A stretch of 63,824 bases of DNA, the filler included, from Hyphochytrium catenoides (lineage: Eukaryota; Protista; Hyphochytriomycota), in assembly GCA_900088475.1 (NCBI GenBank). It is 7 parts of 7 records of this genome, joined end to end, with 100 filler letters (N's around TTAATTAATTAA, not from the genome) between each part and the next. Parts side by side here need not be neighbours in the genome. Positions count along the whole stretch, not along the records: positions 24,644 to 33,880 come from FLMG01003325.1; positions 33,981 to 39,211 come from FLMG01001834.1; 5 more parts are not named here. The stretch is one strand, 5' to 3'. The position numbers and the translations under genes are program-made. Below the pieces are notes generated by a model. That model was given only the letters and a program-made list of their open reading frames with translations, had not been told where the DNA came from and ran no database searches. Shown here piece by piece: positions 25,257 to 38,209 of the stretch; the stretch's first letter is position 1, and every line of letters starts with the position of its first letter.

Positions 25257-26531
25257 ATGGTTCTCCAAGGCGAAGGCAAGGATGCAAAGCCTCTCAACAA
25301 GCCATACATTCCTCTGCGAACAGGGCACATTCCTGACCCTGAGACGCTGAAGGGCGATATGTTCGAGGCCGCCGTCGATAACGTGCTGGCGATCTTCAAA
25401 GATGAGCGCATCTTGGCCGCAGCCGCCTACCTGGACTACATTGAAGCTGGCATTCAGAAGGGATCGTCAGGCGCAAAGAAAGCTGCAGCCAAGCTCGCAA
25501 CGCCTGAAGTGGCGGAGAAGATCGCTCTCTTGAGAGAGAGAGAAGAGGTTTGCTATGCTGCTCTTCGTGACTTTAACAGCACGGATGGAGGCTGGGAGTT
25601 TGGTCATGAGATGCTGGGGATCAAGACGTTCTTCAAGGAAGGAGAGAACGACACTGTCTGGCTGAAGCTTGAGGGCATGGTGCAGAACGTAGACTTGATG
25701 GACTGCTGCTCGGTGGTGAGAGAGACAGATCTCTTCAGGACCTGGGTGCCTTTCTGCAACAAGTCGGCGCTTCTTAAGGAAGAAGGTCCAGCAGAGCTCG
25801 TCACCTATCTGAACCTCAACGTCCCTCTTACCCTTCAGAGAGACGCTGTCCTTCATGCTTTCACCTGTGATGCCAGCTATGAGCAGAACTGCATCATGGT
25901 GCTAGGCAAATCGATTGACGAGTATCCAGGTGTAGAGTTCCCTAAGACCTTGGGCGGCAGGATGTTCTTCAATGGCTTCAGGGCCCTCGTTGAGCCTGTG
26001 AACCGCGAACAGATGAGAATCTGCGTGGTGACGAACATCGATATGCGCCTCAAGCTGCCAAAGACTCTGCTGAACTTTGTCATCAAGAAGGTGGCAGGTG
26101 TCCTTATCTATCTTCTGACAGAGAAGACCAAAGAGGTGAAGAAGCCTGACAATGTGTACATGAAGGTGCGCAATGAGGACAAGTCGGGCTTCTACCGCTG
26201 GGCAGAGCCAGTCTTCAAGGAGTTCTTCCAGACATTAGAGAGCAACAGGCTCCCCGCAAAGTTCTCAGTACCTGCACCTTCCGAGAAGGCTTTGGCCGAG
26301 AAGAAGGCGTTGTCCATCAAGAAGAAGCCTAAGGAGAGTCCTGGTGTTACCTACTCTGGCTCAATATTCTGGGCTCTCTTGGCTGTCCTGCTCTATATGG
26401 GCCTCCAGTACGTGGAGTCGCCCTCCAAGATGATGGAGGTGGGAGTGCTCTGCGCCGTGTGGCTCTCAGGCTTTGCCTTCTCTCAGGCCAATGTCAAGCA
26501 CTTTGTAGCGGTAGAGAAGCTGATAGAGTAG
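25257..26531 (+). CDS. Intronless START/SRPBCC-like lipid-binding protein with C-terminal transmembrane segments
   Basis: Single long ORF with strong G/C-ending codon bias. START-like core: GWEFGHEMLGIKTFFK..VWLKLEGMV..SVVRETDLFRTWVPFC..QRDAVLH..NIDMRLKLPKTLLNFVIKKVAG. Two hydrophobic stretches at the C-terminus. ATG at 25257 is preferred over the track start. Confidence 0.8.
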   Translation: MVLQGEGKDAKPLNKPYIPLRTGHIPDPETLKGDMFEAAVDNVLAIFKDERILAAAAYLDYIEAGIQKGSSGAKKAAAKLATPEVAEKIALLREREEVCYAALRDFNSTDGGWEFGHEMLGIKTFFKEGENDTVWLKLEGMVQNVDLMDCCSVVRETDLFRTWVPFCNKSALLKEEGPAELVTYLNLNVPLTLQRDAVLHAFTCDASYEQNCIMVLGKSIDEYPGVEFPKTLGGRMFFNGFRALVEPVNREQMRICVVTNIDMRLKLPKTLLNFVIKKVAGVLIYLLTEKTKEVKKPDNVYMKVRNEDKSGFYRWAEPVFKEFFQTLESNRLPAKFSVPAPSEKALAEKKALSIKKKPKESPGVTYSGSIFWALLAVLLYMGLQYVESPSKMMEVGVLCAVWLSGFAFSQANVKHFVAVEKLIE

Positions 26532-26850
26532 GTGACATAGCATTTATTTAGTTATTTAGCTAGCTTAGATAAGCCAGAGGCAGAGAGAGAAGAGGGAGCG
26601 AGAGAGAGAGGCGCAGATGATAAGATAAAGTTAGAGAAGAGAGAGAGAGAGAGAGTATGCACCAATCCTGTACCCTTAACCCTGACCACTAATGTCACGA
26701 GCCCCTTATTTATCAACGCATATCTCAGCTCTCTACTCCTCTTCTCTCGACTGTGCTCGCTCATAAAATCTCTTCTTGCGCTTGCATGGGAGAGAGGCAT
26801 CTCTAGTCTCCTGCGAGAGCGCTGTTCCTCTCTCTACGTAGACTGCTGAA

Positions 26851-29800
26851 TCAGAGACTCCCCAGTGATCGAAATGAGGAGCTGATGGGTGGAAGACGAG
26901 GGAAAGAGCCTGTGACAGCGCTGGCCTGCCTCGCGGCTTCCTTAGCTGTCGATTCTACGAGCGCCTGGTGCTCTTTGTAAGCAGCTTTCAGCCTGAGAAA
27001 GAAGGAGACAAGCTCGTGCTTGCAGACAGTGATGTCCATCAGCATCTGGCACGCTGGTACCTTTCTTTCTATGTTGCTGAAGGTCTCAACTAGGCGAATC
27101 GTCTGATCTGCGGACAGAAAGTGCTTCTCACTTTTCCGCCGGTTAAAGATTAAGCCCAACTGATGGTCAGGCTGCTGTCCTCCGCTTGCGCTACCTTCAG
27201 TACATGCCGCGACACCTCTAGAGAAAAGGAAAAAACCCTTAGCAGTGAATCAAGGGCAGTAGCAGTCACGGCTCTAGGTTAGCTTAGAAGAAGTTGACAG
27301 AAGAAGACGCGCACATGAAGGGGACAAGAATCTGCTCTGGACGCGGAGCTCACGCGTCAATAGCACAACTTTATAGAGCCCAGTGGAACAAATAGAGCAG
27401 AAGCTTAGAGCTAGGCCGCCACCTCGTCTTGCCCTTGTAGGTCTAGCAAATCCTCTTACCGCGCCAGCAGCTTCACGAAGGCCTCCCGCTGTCCATCGTT
27501 AGTCATCTTGTTCAGCTTGTTCTCCAAAATAATGAAGTCAGAGAGATCCATTGCGGACTCTGTCTCGAAGCTGATGTACTCAAACTCTAGCAATCCGTGC
27601 TGAGGAAGAGGCTGGTCTTGGGGAAAGATCGCTGTCGCCTTGTCCCAGGTGGTGTTGAACCAGACAGAGCCATTGGGATCCTCATTGCAGAGCTTTCTGA
27701 GCGCTTCCGCCTCCTCCCACTGCAGCTCATCAGAGAGTTCAAGAGCGAACTGCCTCGACTCCATATTCTTGGCTTGTTCTCTTGACCGGGTGATGATGTA
27801 GTCGAACTCCAAGACACCTGGCAGGGATAGAGGCAGGAAAGGAACGCTGAGATGCCCGCGAAGGCAAGAGGAAGACCTTCTCCGAACGCTAACACTGAGT
27901 GATCTTCTGAGAAGAAAACAAGCACCAAACAAAATGGGCGAGAGAGAGATGGGTGGCATGAGGACAAACCCTTTGCGGGCAAGGTAAAGAGACAGAATGA
28001 GAAGAGAGCGAGCGATTGAACCCGCCGGCTATGGTCACCTTTCCCAGGAAGCTTGATGGCCTTTGTTTCTAGTGCTTTCCTGGCATTGAAGCGGAATCCG
28101 CTATTGCCCTCCAGCTGCTCGTTCCACCAAGACTCACCCGGCCTAGAGAGGAGGAGAGCGAGAGGGAGTCAGTTTGAGAACGAGAGAGAGTCACATATTG
28201 CCCTCCTATGTGTATGCTACGATCCTTTCTCCGCTCCGTCTCTCCCTCTTTGCCTTACTTCTACATCTCTCCAAGCAGACTTACTTTCTCTGCACTCTGA
28301 GAGCCAGCTCTTCAACTATCTGTCGCTGCGCAGGATTGGATAGGTCTATACGATAGTGGTGCACCAGCACCTGCTGAGGGTTCGGGGAGAGGAAATCAAA
28401 CTCGAGGATGCCTTTCAGAGGCAGACGGTACTTCTGCTGCAGATGTGTCTCTGCGCAGGCCTGCTCGAGGGGCGCTGACAGCAAGGCAGAATGAGCTAAA
28501 GGAAGAGAAAGAGCTGGAAGACGGCCTCGAAACAACTGACAGTAATAGCACTAGTCTCAGATCAGAAGAAATGGGAAGGAACAAACAAAGGATCGGGGTC
28601 ATTATGAGAGAGGAGATGCTCAACAGATGGACGGCTACGGCGTGTGGAGCAGTTCTTACTTCTGCGTAGCAGCTGGTGGAGGCTGATGGGTTCTCCGTTC
28701 AGGGTTATCTCCCGCCATACATCCACAGCTCTCTTTGCTCCCCTCTGGGGCAGAACCCTCTCCAAGAGCTTCCATGCCAGAGAGACCTCAGAAGGGACGG
28801 AGAGGTCAATTCTATAGTGAGCTTCCAGCTGCAAAGCTGTGGATACATAGTCCAGCTCCAAGATCCCTGAGGTGAGGCGCGCAGAGTATTATGTGCTTGC
28901 AGCTAACGAGAACAGGGAAACGGAGGCTTACATAACTGAGAAAAAGACATCAACAATAGACAGCAAAAAGCGAGGACTAGAGAAAGGAACAGAGATGGAA
29001 GAAGCTCTCTCTGAATCCTTCTCCCCTATCAACATCCCTTCGCTCCTTACCTTTCGACTTGGACTCAAGCCATTTGATTCCCTCCGTAAGGAGATCCTCC
29101 TGCAAATTGAACGGCACCCCGTCCAGCTGTTCATTCTTCCAGTTCTCCCCAGGTTCCTTAGCAGCTCTCTCCAGCAAAGACAGAGCGCAAGCCTTATGTG
29201 CTGGGTTGGAGAGGTCAAGCCTAAAGTGGATGGGAGGGCTGGAGTGCTGATCTCCTCCCAACAGCGTCCTTCTCCGTTTTGGGTCGCAAAATTCAAAGCG
29301 CAGAGTTCCAGAGGACGGAAGATCCTCGATGTTCATGTCCAGATCCTGATCGTTAAGAGTGCAGGATCTCACTGCTCCTCTGCCCAGCTTCGCGCGCCGC
29401 AGCAGCATGCACCCGACGCCGTGCTGCCAACTGTCAGCGAGGTCTAGCTCATACTTGCTGTTAAGGAGGACCGCTCTGGTTAGGAGTGGTGAGGTATTCA
29501 GAAAAGAGATGCAGAACTCTCCAAGTCAGCAAGATGTGAGAGAGAAGAGGATGGAGACGGACGAAGACAAGTAAGCTCAAATTAGGATGAAGATGGAACG
29601 ACGGAGCAGGAAGGAGCTGCGCCCTGTACCTGTTGGGGTCGTCTCCGTTGAAAGCGGGCGACATGGCTTCTGATGGTGGCCCAGGTTCCACTGCCTCCAG
29701 ACCAAGGTGCAGATTGGCCTCCCTCTGCCAGACTCCTTGCATCAAGTGGGCTATGCCTGCAGGTGAAAAGGCTGTGAGGCTTACATATTGAGGAGACTCC

Positions 29801-31093
29801 GGTACTGATCTGACTTGCTCTTCTCTCTCCTTGTCTTTCTTCAAATTACGGTCTCCTTCCTCTTTGTTCCTGATGTCTCTCTATGTCTATCTCTTCTCGA
29901 TGTTCTCTTGCCAATATAGTATCTTCTTTCGCTCTTGCTCTTCCTCTCTCAACCTACGCTGTCTCTCAGTCGCCCTCACTTTCTCTCTCCCTCTCTGTGG
30001 TCCTAGTGATCTCCCAATGTGCTCCTTCCGTCTCTCTCGCCCACAATGCGGCAGCACCTTCTTCCCCAATCTGGTTTTGATTGAGTTCAAGTCTTCGCAG
30101 CGTTGAGTTCCAGACCACGGCTTCTGCCAAAAGACACGCGCTGGATACCCTGAGATTCAGAGCGCTGAGGTCCAATTCCTCCAGCGTCTGATTCTTGGCC
30201 AGACTCTCGGCAAGACAATGTCCCGTCTCATTTCCCATGGGGTTCCAGCTTAGGTTCAGCCGCTTGAGAGAGGTGTTCCTCTTTAGGCTGTGAGCCAAGG
30301 CTTGGCCGCCTCGGGGTCTGATCATATTCCAGGAGATGTCCAGCTGCACAACTGCGCATTGGACACTGGCCAGCTGCACCCCTAGCTCTCTTCCGAAAGC
30401 ATCACCAAGCTTATTGTTGCTGAGGTCCACAGTCCGTAGGCTGGGGCTATTGACGAGCTTCGCCAGGCCCGGGGCCGCGTGGTCGTCCAGCTCGTTATGA
30501 CTGAGATTCACGGTGTTCAAGCTCGGCATAGAGCGCAGGGTCTCTGCCAGAAGACCTCCAGCTATTGAACCGATCTTGTTCCTCGAAAGGTTTAGTTCTG
30601 TGACACTAGAGTTACTTTCCAGGGATCTGGCCAAAGACAGGCCCCCAGGCTGCCCAATGGCGTTGTTAGAGATGTTGAAGCTTTTCAGAAGACTGTTTTG
30701 GACTAACACAGCTGCCGCAGCTACGCCGCCTTTCTCTCCTAGGCCAAAGTGAGAGAGATCCATTGAAGACGAGCCAGCGTTGCTCAGGATGCGATTGATG
30801 GGAAGGAGGCCCAAGCTTGCGCAGTCATGAAGGTAAGAGTTCTTGGCCATGTCCGGCTTGACAGGCGATGGAGACTCAGCGGGAGCCTCTGTTAGAATGG
30901 AATGAGAGGAAGAGGTTTCCAGCGCTTCGAGAACTTTGTCTGAGACGGGCTTGGCTTCCATTGTTTTGCTAGGCTCGGCTAAGGAAACAGTAAGGTCTCA
31001 GTGTAGAGCGTTATTTTGAAAACATGGTAGGGAAGACGAGAGGTGAGAAAGAAAGAGGGGAAGAGAAAAGAGGGGAGAGAGAGAGAGNNNNNN

Positions 31094-31132
<39 letters not shown>

Positions 31133-32665
31133 GGAAAAGGAGCAAGAGAGGCTAACAGAGTAGAAGTTGGAGAGAGAGAGAGAGGGGAAACGAGTGACTG
31201 AGAGAGAAAGAGACATAGATTCAAGGGGAACAGACAGACAACGGAGTCGTTGTTGCCCCGAACGTTAGGAAAGATCTTAGCTGCGGTAAGACGATATGGC
31301 ACTAGAAAGTAAAGGAGCGGAGACCATTGGACGGAGAAGAAAGTGACCAAAGAATGTTGCTCCCTTACCTTGAGGCCTCTCCACTGCTTTAACTCCAGGG
31401 CTGTCTACTTCCTTAACTCTAGGGCTCCCAGCCGGCAGTACTTCTTGCTTTCTCTCTCCAGATCCTTCACTCGGAGGCAGGATACTCCTTCTCCCCTTAC
31501 CAGTGACGACAGACTTCGGCATCGACGCGTCACCCTTGCCTTTCTTAGCGTCTTGACTCTTCTTCTCCGCCTTTGCAATCGCGACGTCACAGGAGACCAG
31601 CATGCGCATGAGAGTGGACACTTTCTCTTCAAAGAACAGCGCTGTCTTGAGGACTTTCTTCAGCTTGAGGACGCGGCCTTGCACGCGAGCCATCTTGAAG
31701 ACTTCATAGAGTTCTTTCATGTTTGAGACATGCAGGAGCTTGTTCAGACTCTTCGCTGAGTAGATGTCAAAGCCTAGGAGCTGCCTAATATTCTTGGGGT
31801 CTGCCTCGTTCGGATCGTAAGCTAGGCCAAGCATCTCCTCTTCAGACATCGAACAGAGGAAGCTTTGTTCCCATAGACGGGAGGCACGGCGGTAGAAGCC
31901 AGGGATGACAGGCGGAGGGACAAACGGCTCAGGGTCAAGGTCTGTGCTCTCTGCTGCTGCTGCTGCTGCTGCTGGCGGGGGAGCTGCGACTGGAGCTGCC
32001 CCGGGGTCAGCAACAATGTTTGTCACCTCCTCTGTCTCTTGCTCCTTCTCCCTATCAGGGCCAGGAGCTGTTCCCTTCTGTCCGTCTCTCTCCTCGGGTT
32101 CACAAGTCATCTTCTCTTGCTTTGTCTCCATCTGCCTTGCGGAACATAAGTCTGTGGGCCTGGGCACGGCTGGAGGAGGCGGCGCCCTAACCAGATGCTC
32201 CTGAGACTCCTCAGAATGAAGAGAAGATGTGGAAGACTGTGGACGAGCCGTTGGCTGACTGGCAATCGGGACGGGAAGGGCTGGAGCCTCCTCTGTCCTC
32301 GTCTTTGGCAAGCCATCCTGCATGTACAACGCTTCGAATTGCTTCTTCAGATAGTTCTGATAGGCCTTTGCGTCCACGGCGGTCACCTCTGCCTCACTAA
32401 TATACTGACTGACCCGCAGCTCCTCGTCATCCAGCACCGTCGTGACCTTGTCCCAGCCGGACGCGGCCGGACTGAAGCCTGGCTTGCGCTTGGTCAGCCT
32501 CCCGCCCCCACTGTCAGGCCATTTTAGAGGCGAGGAAAGGAACTTGGCCGAGACGGGAGCGGCCGGGACGGACTTCAGCGGCCGCGTCTGGGCCCGTCGC
32601 CGTGAGCGCAGAGGCGGCACCGCGGAGGCTGTGGCAGCCGCCGCGGACGGGTCGCTTCCATCCAT
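26851..32665 (-). CDS. Large RNI-like LRR protein (NLRC3/LRRC74-like repeats) with five C-terminal ~65-aa repeats
   Basis: The exon at ~30060-30978 has 28-aa LRRs (NSLLKSFNISNNAIGQPGG, NSSVTELNLSRNKIG, NTSLKRLNLSWNPMG). First exon 31369-32665 is low-complexity. Downstream exons end at the stop at 26851. Confidence 0.8.
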
Positions 32666-32995
32666 TGATTCTCTGCCGTGGTCACATGGCTAACCCGTGG
32701 ACTGGCTACTCTCTCTGGTGACTGAGACTTAAGGAGCTGAGGTGTTAGGGAGGAAGGGATCTAAAAGAATAGAGAGGCGGAGAGGAGACACGAGACGGAA
32801 AAAGAGAAGATGGAAGAAAGAAGTGAGAGAGCCCGTAAGGAGACGGGCACAGCATAGCAGCTGGAGAGCGTGGTTGTGAGGTGGCGACCGGGAGGAAGAG
32901 ACAGAAGACACCTGGTACAGAGGGAGAGGAAGAGGGAGAGAGGGGCAAAGAGAGGGAGAGAGGACCAGATATTCGTGGGTTGAAGTCTGNNNNNN

Positions 32996-33027
<32 letters not shown>

Positions 33028-33172
33028 GGAGAGAGAGGAGAACAGCACTGTGTGTTACCTTTCGATCACCCATAAGTCGGCCGTTAGCGGTCACAGGGCG
33101 TTACAATGCTGGACGAAATTTTTTCAGTTGTCTCTTCTCTCCTAAGCCTTACAAGCTAATTTCTCTCTTTCC

Positions 33173-33221
<49 letters not shown>

Positions 33222-33428
33222 GTCTTCTCTCTCTCTGTCTCTCTCCCTTTTCCTTTTCATCGCTTCCACTCGCCACTCATCAACACCTTCTAGTCACCGC
33301 TGCAGCACAAGGAGCCTAACTCACAGCCAAATCCTCTGTCGCAGGCGCGAGCCGTAAAAGTTTCGAAAGGCGAGAGAGAGAGACACCAAGTTCTAGAGCA
33401 TTGTCTGTGCTCTCCTTCTCCGACGACG

Positions 33429-34751
33429 ATGGAGTCCGAGCCTCTCCCCGCGTCCTTTCGCTGGACGGAGCGGCCTAAGAGTCCGGAGGTCGGGCAGCGC
33501 GGTGCATTGAAGCCGATGATCCATCCCATAGACGCTCTGATCGTCAAAGATCTGCGCCAACTGATGAAGTCAAAGGCTCTACCCGAAGAGGAAAGGCGCA
33601 TTCCTTCTCTTCCTGTCTCTCCCATCCGCGCAGATCTTCTCGGAAAAAGAGAAGAAGAGAGAGAAGGAGAAGAGGGAGAGACCGAAGGAGACGATGGCGG
33701 CCGAGAGTATGACAATGACTTTGCTGCTCAGATCATCGCTTTGTCCCACCCTTTGGGAGAAAGAAGGCGCTCGATTGCTGATGATTTCTCAGTTTCAGGA
33801 AGCAAAGACAGCTTTCCCCCGCTCCTGGGCTCCAGTATGTGTGGCAGGCTGCTTGAGATCTCTCTCTCTCTCTCTCTCTCNNNNNNNNNNNNNNNNNNNN
33901 NNNNNNNNNNNNNNNNNNNNNNNNTTAATTAATTAANNNNNNNNNNNNNNNNNNNNNNNNNNNNNNNNNNNNNNNNNNNNTGAACCTACCTCTCACCTCC
34001 TTTTTCACTACGGCTCTCTGCCTGTTCAACTCCTTCCGCGTCGAGAAGGACCCTTATCACTCTTTCTTTCTCCCACTCTCCCTGTGGCTGTATACCTTCC
34101 TTTCTTTCCTCTGCCACTTTCTGCTCTGTTAACGTGTTGCATGTTTCAAGCGCTCAGTCTCGTCTCTTTCTCGCTCTGTCTCTCCCCACAGATGGCAGAG
34201 TCTTTACCGCCAATTCATCCGATCACCTCACTTTCGGCCTTGGTTCAACTCTCGCCTGATGGTGCTACTGAAAGAAATAGAAGAGATGTACAGAGCGCTG
34301 CGCTGGGCGACGGCTCCCTCCCAGATAGTTAGAAATAAGCAAGGGAGAATGAAGACCGAACAAGAGCTCATCGCTCTCTATTTTGCAGTATGTCAGCCTT
34401 CGCTTCAGATCCTCTGACAAGTCTCAATCTCAGAGCTCTAACATGTCTCCATCTACAGATTAAAAATGCGATAAAGACAGAAGCAGCCAGGCACGATGCT
34501 TCCTCGGAGCTGATGGAGCACATGGAACAACATCTGGCCGCCGTGGAGGCAGCTGTGCCAGTGCACATCGCCCAGGTAAGGAGCAGAAAGTGACAAAGAA
34601 GAGGAGTGAGAGGAGAGGGCAAGTTGACAGTCAGGAGCACCACTGATTTCCATCGTCCATCTGTCTTTGTCTTTCTCTCTTTGCCACTTTGCAGGTGTTA
34701 AGGGACACAGCAGATGTCTCTTTTGCTCCTCTCGTGCCTCCCTACCGATAA
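33429..34751 (+). CDS. DENND6: DENND6 (FAM116)-like Rab GEF; 3' exons clear, middle missing in the gap, first exon tentative
   Basis: Exons 34192-34287, 34389-34575 and 34695-34751 give WQSLYRQFIRSPHFRPWFNSRL..HLQIKNAI..ELMEHMEQHLAAVEAAVPVHIAQVL, resembling the DENND6 C-terminus (WIGLYRxFxKSPxFDGW..LRxHIDAIILALP). ORF 33429-33834 may be exon 1, across the spacer. Confidence 0.68.
33881..33980. other. Artificial scaffold spacer N44-TTAATTAATTAA-N44
   Basis: Same 100-nt construct. If 33429 is exon 1 of DENND6, this spacer hides most of the DENN domain. Confidence 0.97.
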
Positions 34752-35148
34752 CTCTCAGAGCCAGTCCCTTTGGTGCTTCCATGCTCTGAAGGCCAAGAAG
34801 TCGTGGAATAATCAGAGTGAGAAGAGAGAGAGAGAGTTGACAGGCTAGGGAAAGCGAGAGAGAGAGGGAGAGAGACAGAGTGATAAGGCACCACGCATGT
34901 AGTATATAGTAAAGTATATATATTGACTCAGAGAGAGATGGTTCTCTTGTCCTTTGACTGCTGGGTTGTTCTGGATATCTACTGCTTCCTGTCTCTTCCT
35001 TTCTTCCGATGCAGATCAGATGTGTGTCAGTGGTTATGTTGCCTGGGACTTATCTGCTTCTCTCTTTTTTTTCCCGCTTTGGCCCTTTCCTATTCTCAAG
35101 CCGAGTGCTAGGAATATCTCTTTAGCCTTTCGGACTGTCATTGATCAT

Positions 35149-36364
35149 TTAGAGCTTTGTTGGCGGATTGCCCATCTCAATCGACCTCTGTGTCGCAGCC
35201 TTCACTGCCGATATTAAGGCGTGTCTCAAGTTTCCTTCTTCCAGAGCCACCATCCCACTGATGGTCGTCCCGCCGGGACTGCAGACTTCATCACGCAGAA
35301 GAGCAGGGTGTTTCCCTACCATGTAAGAGAGAGACACAGAGAGAGAGAGAGAATGAGACTTTGAATATTGAAAGAGACGAGCAACAACCACCCGATGACA
35401 GTAGAGGAACAACGAAAAGGTTGACAGACATGCCCTGGGTCCCATCAATCAGAGTGGTGGCAGCCTCTAAAGGCGAGACGAACTAGACCTCTAAAGTGGA
35501 TAGCAATCTTCCCATTAGAAAAAGGAGAGAGAAAAAGAGACAGAGAAGGCAGTTCAAGCAAGAGAGGAAGAAGAAGAAGAGAGAGAAGAAGAAAGCCCAA
35601 CGGAGAGAGGGAGGAGAAGGGAGAGAGGGAGGAGAAGAGAGAGAGGAAGAAGAGAGAGAGGAAGAAGAGAGAGAAAGGGAAGAAAGCCCAAGAGAGGAGA
35701 TAAGAGAGAGAGAGAGAGAGAAGTGGTTCAATAGCTAAGGCACTGGAATAGCGAGGGAAATAGTCGTCACCTGTCTCCAGAACCATCGCAGCTGCTCCCA
35801 TCACTGTCTGAGCCGCAAGCTGCAGAGCCTGAGCCTGCAAGGAAGAGATCAGCACGACAAACTAGATAGTAATACATAAAGATAAAAGGTGGAAAGAGAG
35901 AGAGAGAAAGAACGAGAAAGAGAGAGAGAAAGACAGGGACGGGGGGAGAGAGCGTGCTGTTATATTGAGCTAGATCCGTGTCTCCCTCTCTCAGACTCCC
36001 GCCTTTCCATCTTGTCTTATGCCCATTCCTTATTCTCTCTACATCTCACCTTACTCAGCCCTCCTGCCACGCCTCCGTCAGCCATCGCATCAATGATCGT
36101 ATAGACATAAGCAGGGCCGCTTCCACTCAGTCCCGTCACGGGGTCCAGCTGCTTCTCTGGCACCGAGAGAGAGAGACCTACGCCTTGCAGGATTCTCTCA
36201 CATAATTCTCCATCTTCAGGTGTGGCTCTGCTCCCCAGTGCGTAGGCGCTAGCGCCCTTGCAGATGAGCGCAGGAGTGTTTGGCATCACTCGGATCACCC
36301 GCTGGGAAGCGTTCAGACCTGCTTCTAGGTCTTTCAGTTTGATGCCTATTGGGCCAGCCCAAGA

Positions 36365-36401
<37 letters not shown>

Positions 36402-37676
36402 GCAGAGTATTAAACGAAAACGGGAGCCCAGATAAGTTGGTGTGAGGAAACAGATATGGAAGATGCCCGGTAGGAGTGATAGAGAGGACAAGGAGAAGCA
36501 ATGGCAGGAGCGAAGAGAGAGCTGAGAGCTGGTAACTCAGAGAAGCGGCCAAGTTTTAGGAGAGAGAGAGAGAGAGGGAGAGAGAGAGACAGAGAATGTC
36601 TGAAGATTGGACTTTACAAGAAAACAATGCATTCAGTAGCACAACCGGTTGACAGGAATAACGTGCAAGAGGAGGAGGAAGTCGCAGAAGAGAGAAGGAG
36701 AGACTGGCAGACCGAGTGCAAACATAGAGACACACAGGGAGAGACGAGGGCGTGCTATGGGCAACATACTTATTAAGAGGTTGAGCGACCAAGAGAGAAA
36801 GAGCAGAGCGAGAGAGAGAGAGAGAAAGAGGACGCTAGGGAATAATGGGTGATAGGCTCACCCGCAGCAATAGAGATTAGCAAGCTGGGCCGCTTGGAGT
36901 CTCGAAGCTCAGCGAGCACGTGTGGGACATCCTGTCAAGGGCAGGACGGCGAGGCGGTGAGTCGGAAAGCAGCGACAGAGAGAGAGTGAGAGAGAGACAC
37001 ACAGCGACAGAGAGAAGTCAAGTGAGAAAGGAAAGAGAGAAAAACCGAGCGCAGCGCAGGTGATCGCGCAGAGAAGATAAGATAGAGGTTAGGAAGGGAA
37101 AAGAAGAGAAGAAAAAAGAAGAGAGAGGGAAAGAGAGAGACAGAGAACAGAGAGAAGGAGAAAGTAGATGACGTATAGAGAAACTAACAAAACAGAGAGA
37201 GAAAGAGAGTATATGATGACATAGACAGGAAGAGAGAACAACCTCAACCAAGGGAGAGAGCGAAAGACACCGGGAAGGAACGAAAGAGTGACAGACACAG
37301 GAAGAGAGAATCAAGATAGCTATAGAACAGCGGGAACATAGGGAAAGAGAAGAGGAGAGAAGAGAGAGAGAGAGAGAGAGGAAGAGAGAGAGAGAGAGAG
37401 AGAGAGACCAAAGGCAAGACGTCCTAGAACATTTCTCTGCTTCGTCTCTTTCTCTCTTACATTGGGCTTGGTGCACAGAATGATGACATCGCAGCTCTGT
37501 CCAATCTCTTTATTACTTCCCGCGGCCAGGACATGGAGCTCGCCCACTGCCTGGTCCACGCTCGCGGCGTAGCGATCGTTCACGAGGACGTTGGATGGGC
37601 TCACAAAGTTCGAGGCAAGCACGCCCTTGAGGAGAGCCATCCCCATCTTCCCGCAGCCGATAATCCCGAGCTTCAT
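35149..37676 (-). CDS. proC: Pyrroline-5-carboxylate reductase
   Basis: [12 protein letters not shown] (Rossmann fold), [62 protein letters not shown] and [17 protein letters not shown] across 5 exons. Confidence 0.96.
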
Positions 37677-38138
37677 GGTGAGAGAAGAGAGAGAGAGAGC
37701 GTGCGGGAGAGAGAGAGACCAAGAGGAGAGAAAGGGCAGCTTGGAGAGGCGATAACACGCAAACGAGAGAGAGAACGTGCTCAGGAGAGAGACGCCGCCA
37801 AGGAAAGATGAAGATGGTCTATGGCTGCACCTGATGTGCAGAGGAAGGTGACTGTTCTCTAGAGGTTTGGATCCTCATGAGAAAGGCCTCGGCTTCTGCT
37901 TTGACGACTCCGTCGGTCTTGTATTGCCTCCTTTCTGTGTGTCTTTCTGTTTCGTATCTCTCTCTGTTGGTCTCTCTCTCTTCACTTCCGTCTCTCTCTC
38001 TCGCTTCTCTCTCTCTCTGTCTCTCCTTTCTCTCTCTCACTGTCTCTCTGTCTCTTCCTTTCTCTGTCTCTCTCTGTCTCCCTGTCTCCCTCTTTCTCTT
38101 CTCTCTCTCTCTCTCTTCACTCCCCGTCTCTCGTTGTT

Positions 38139-38209
<71 letters not shown>

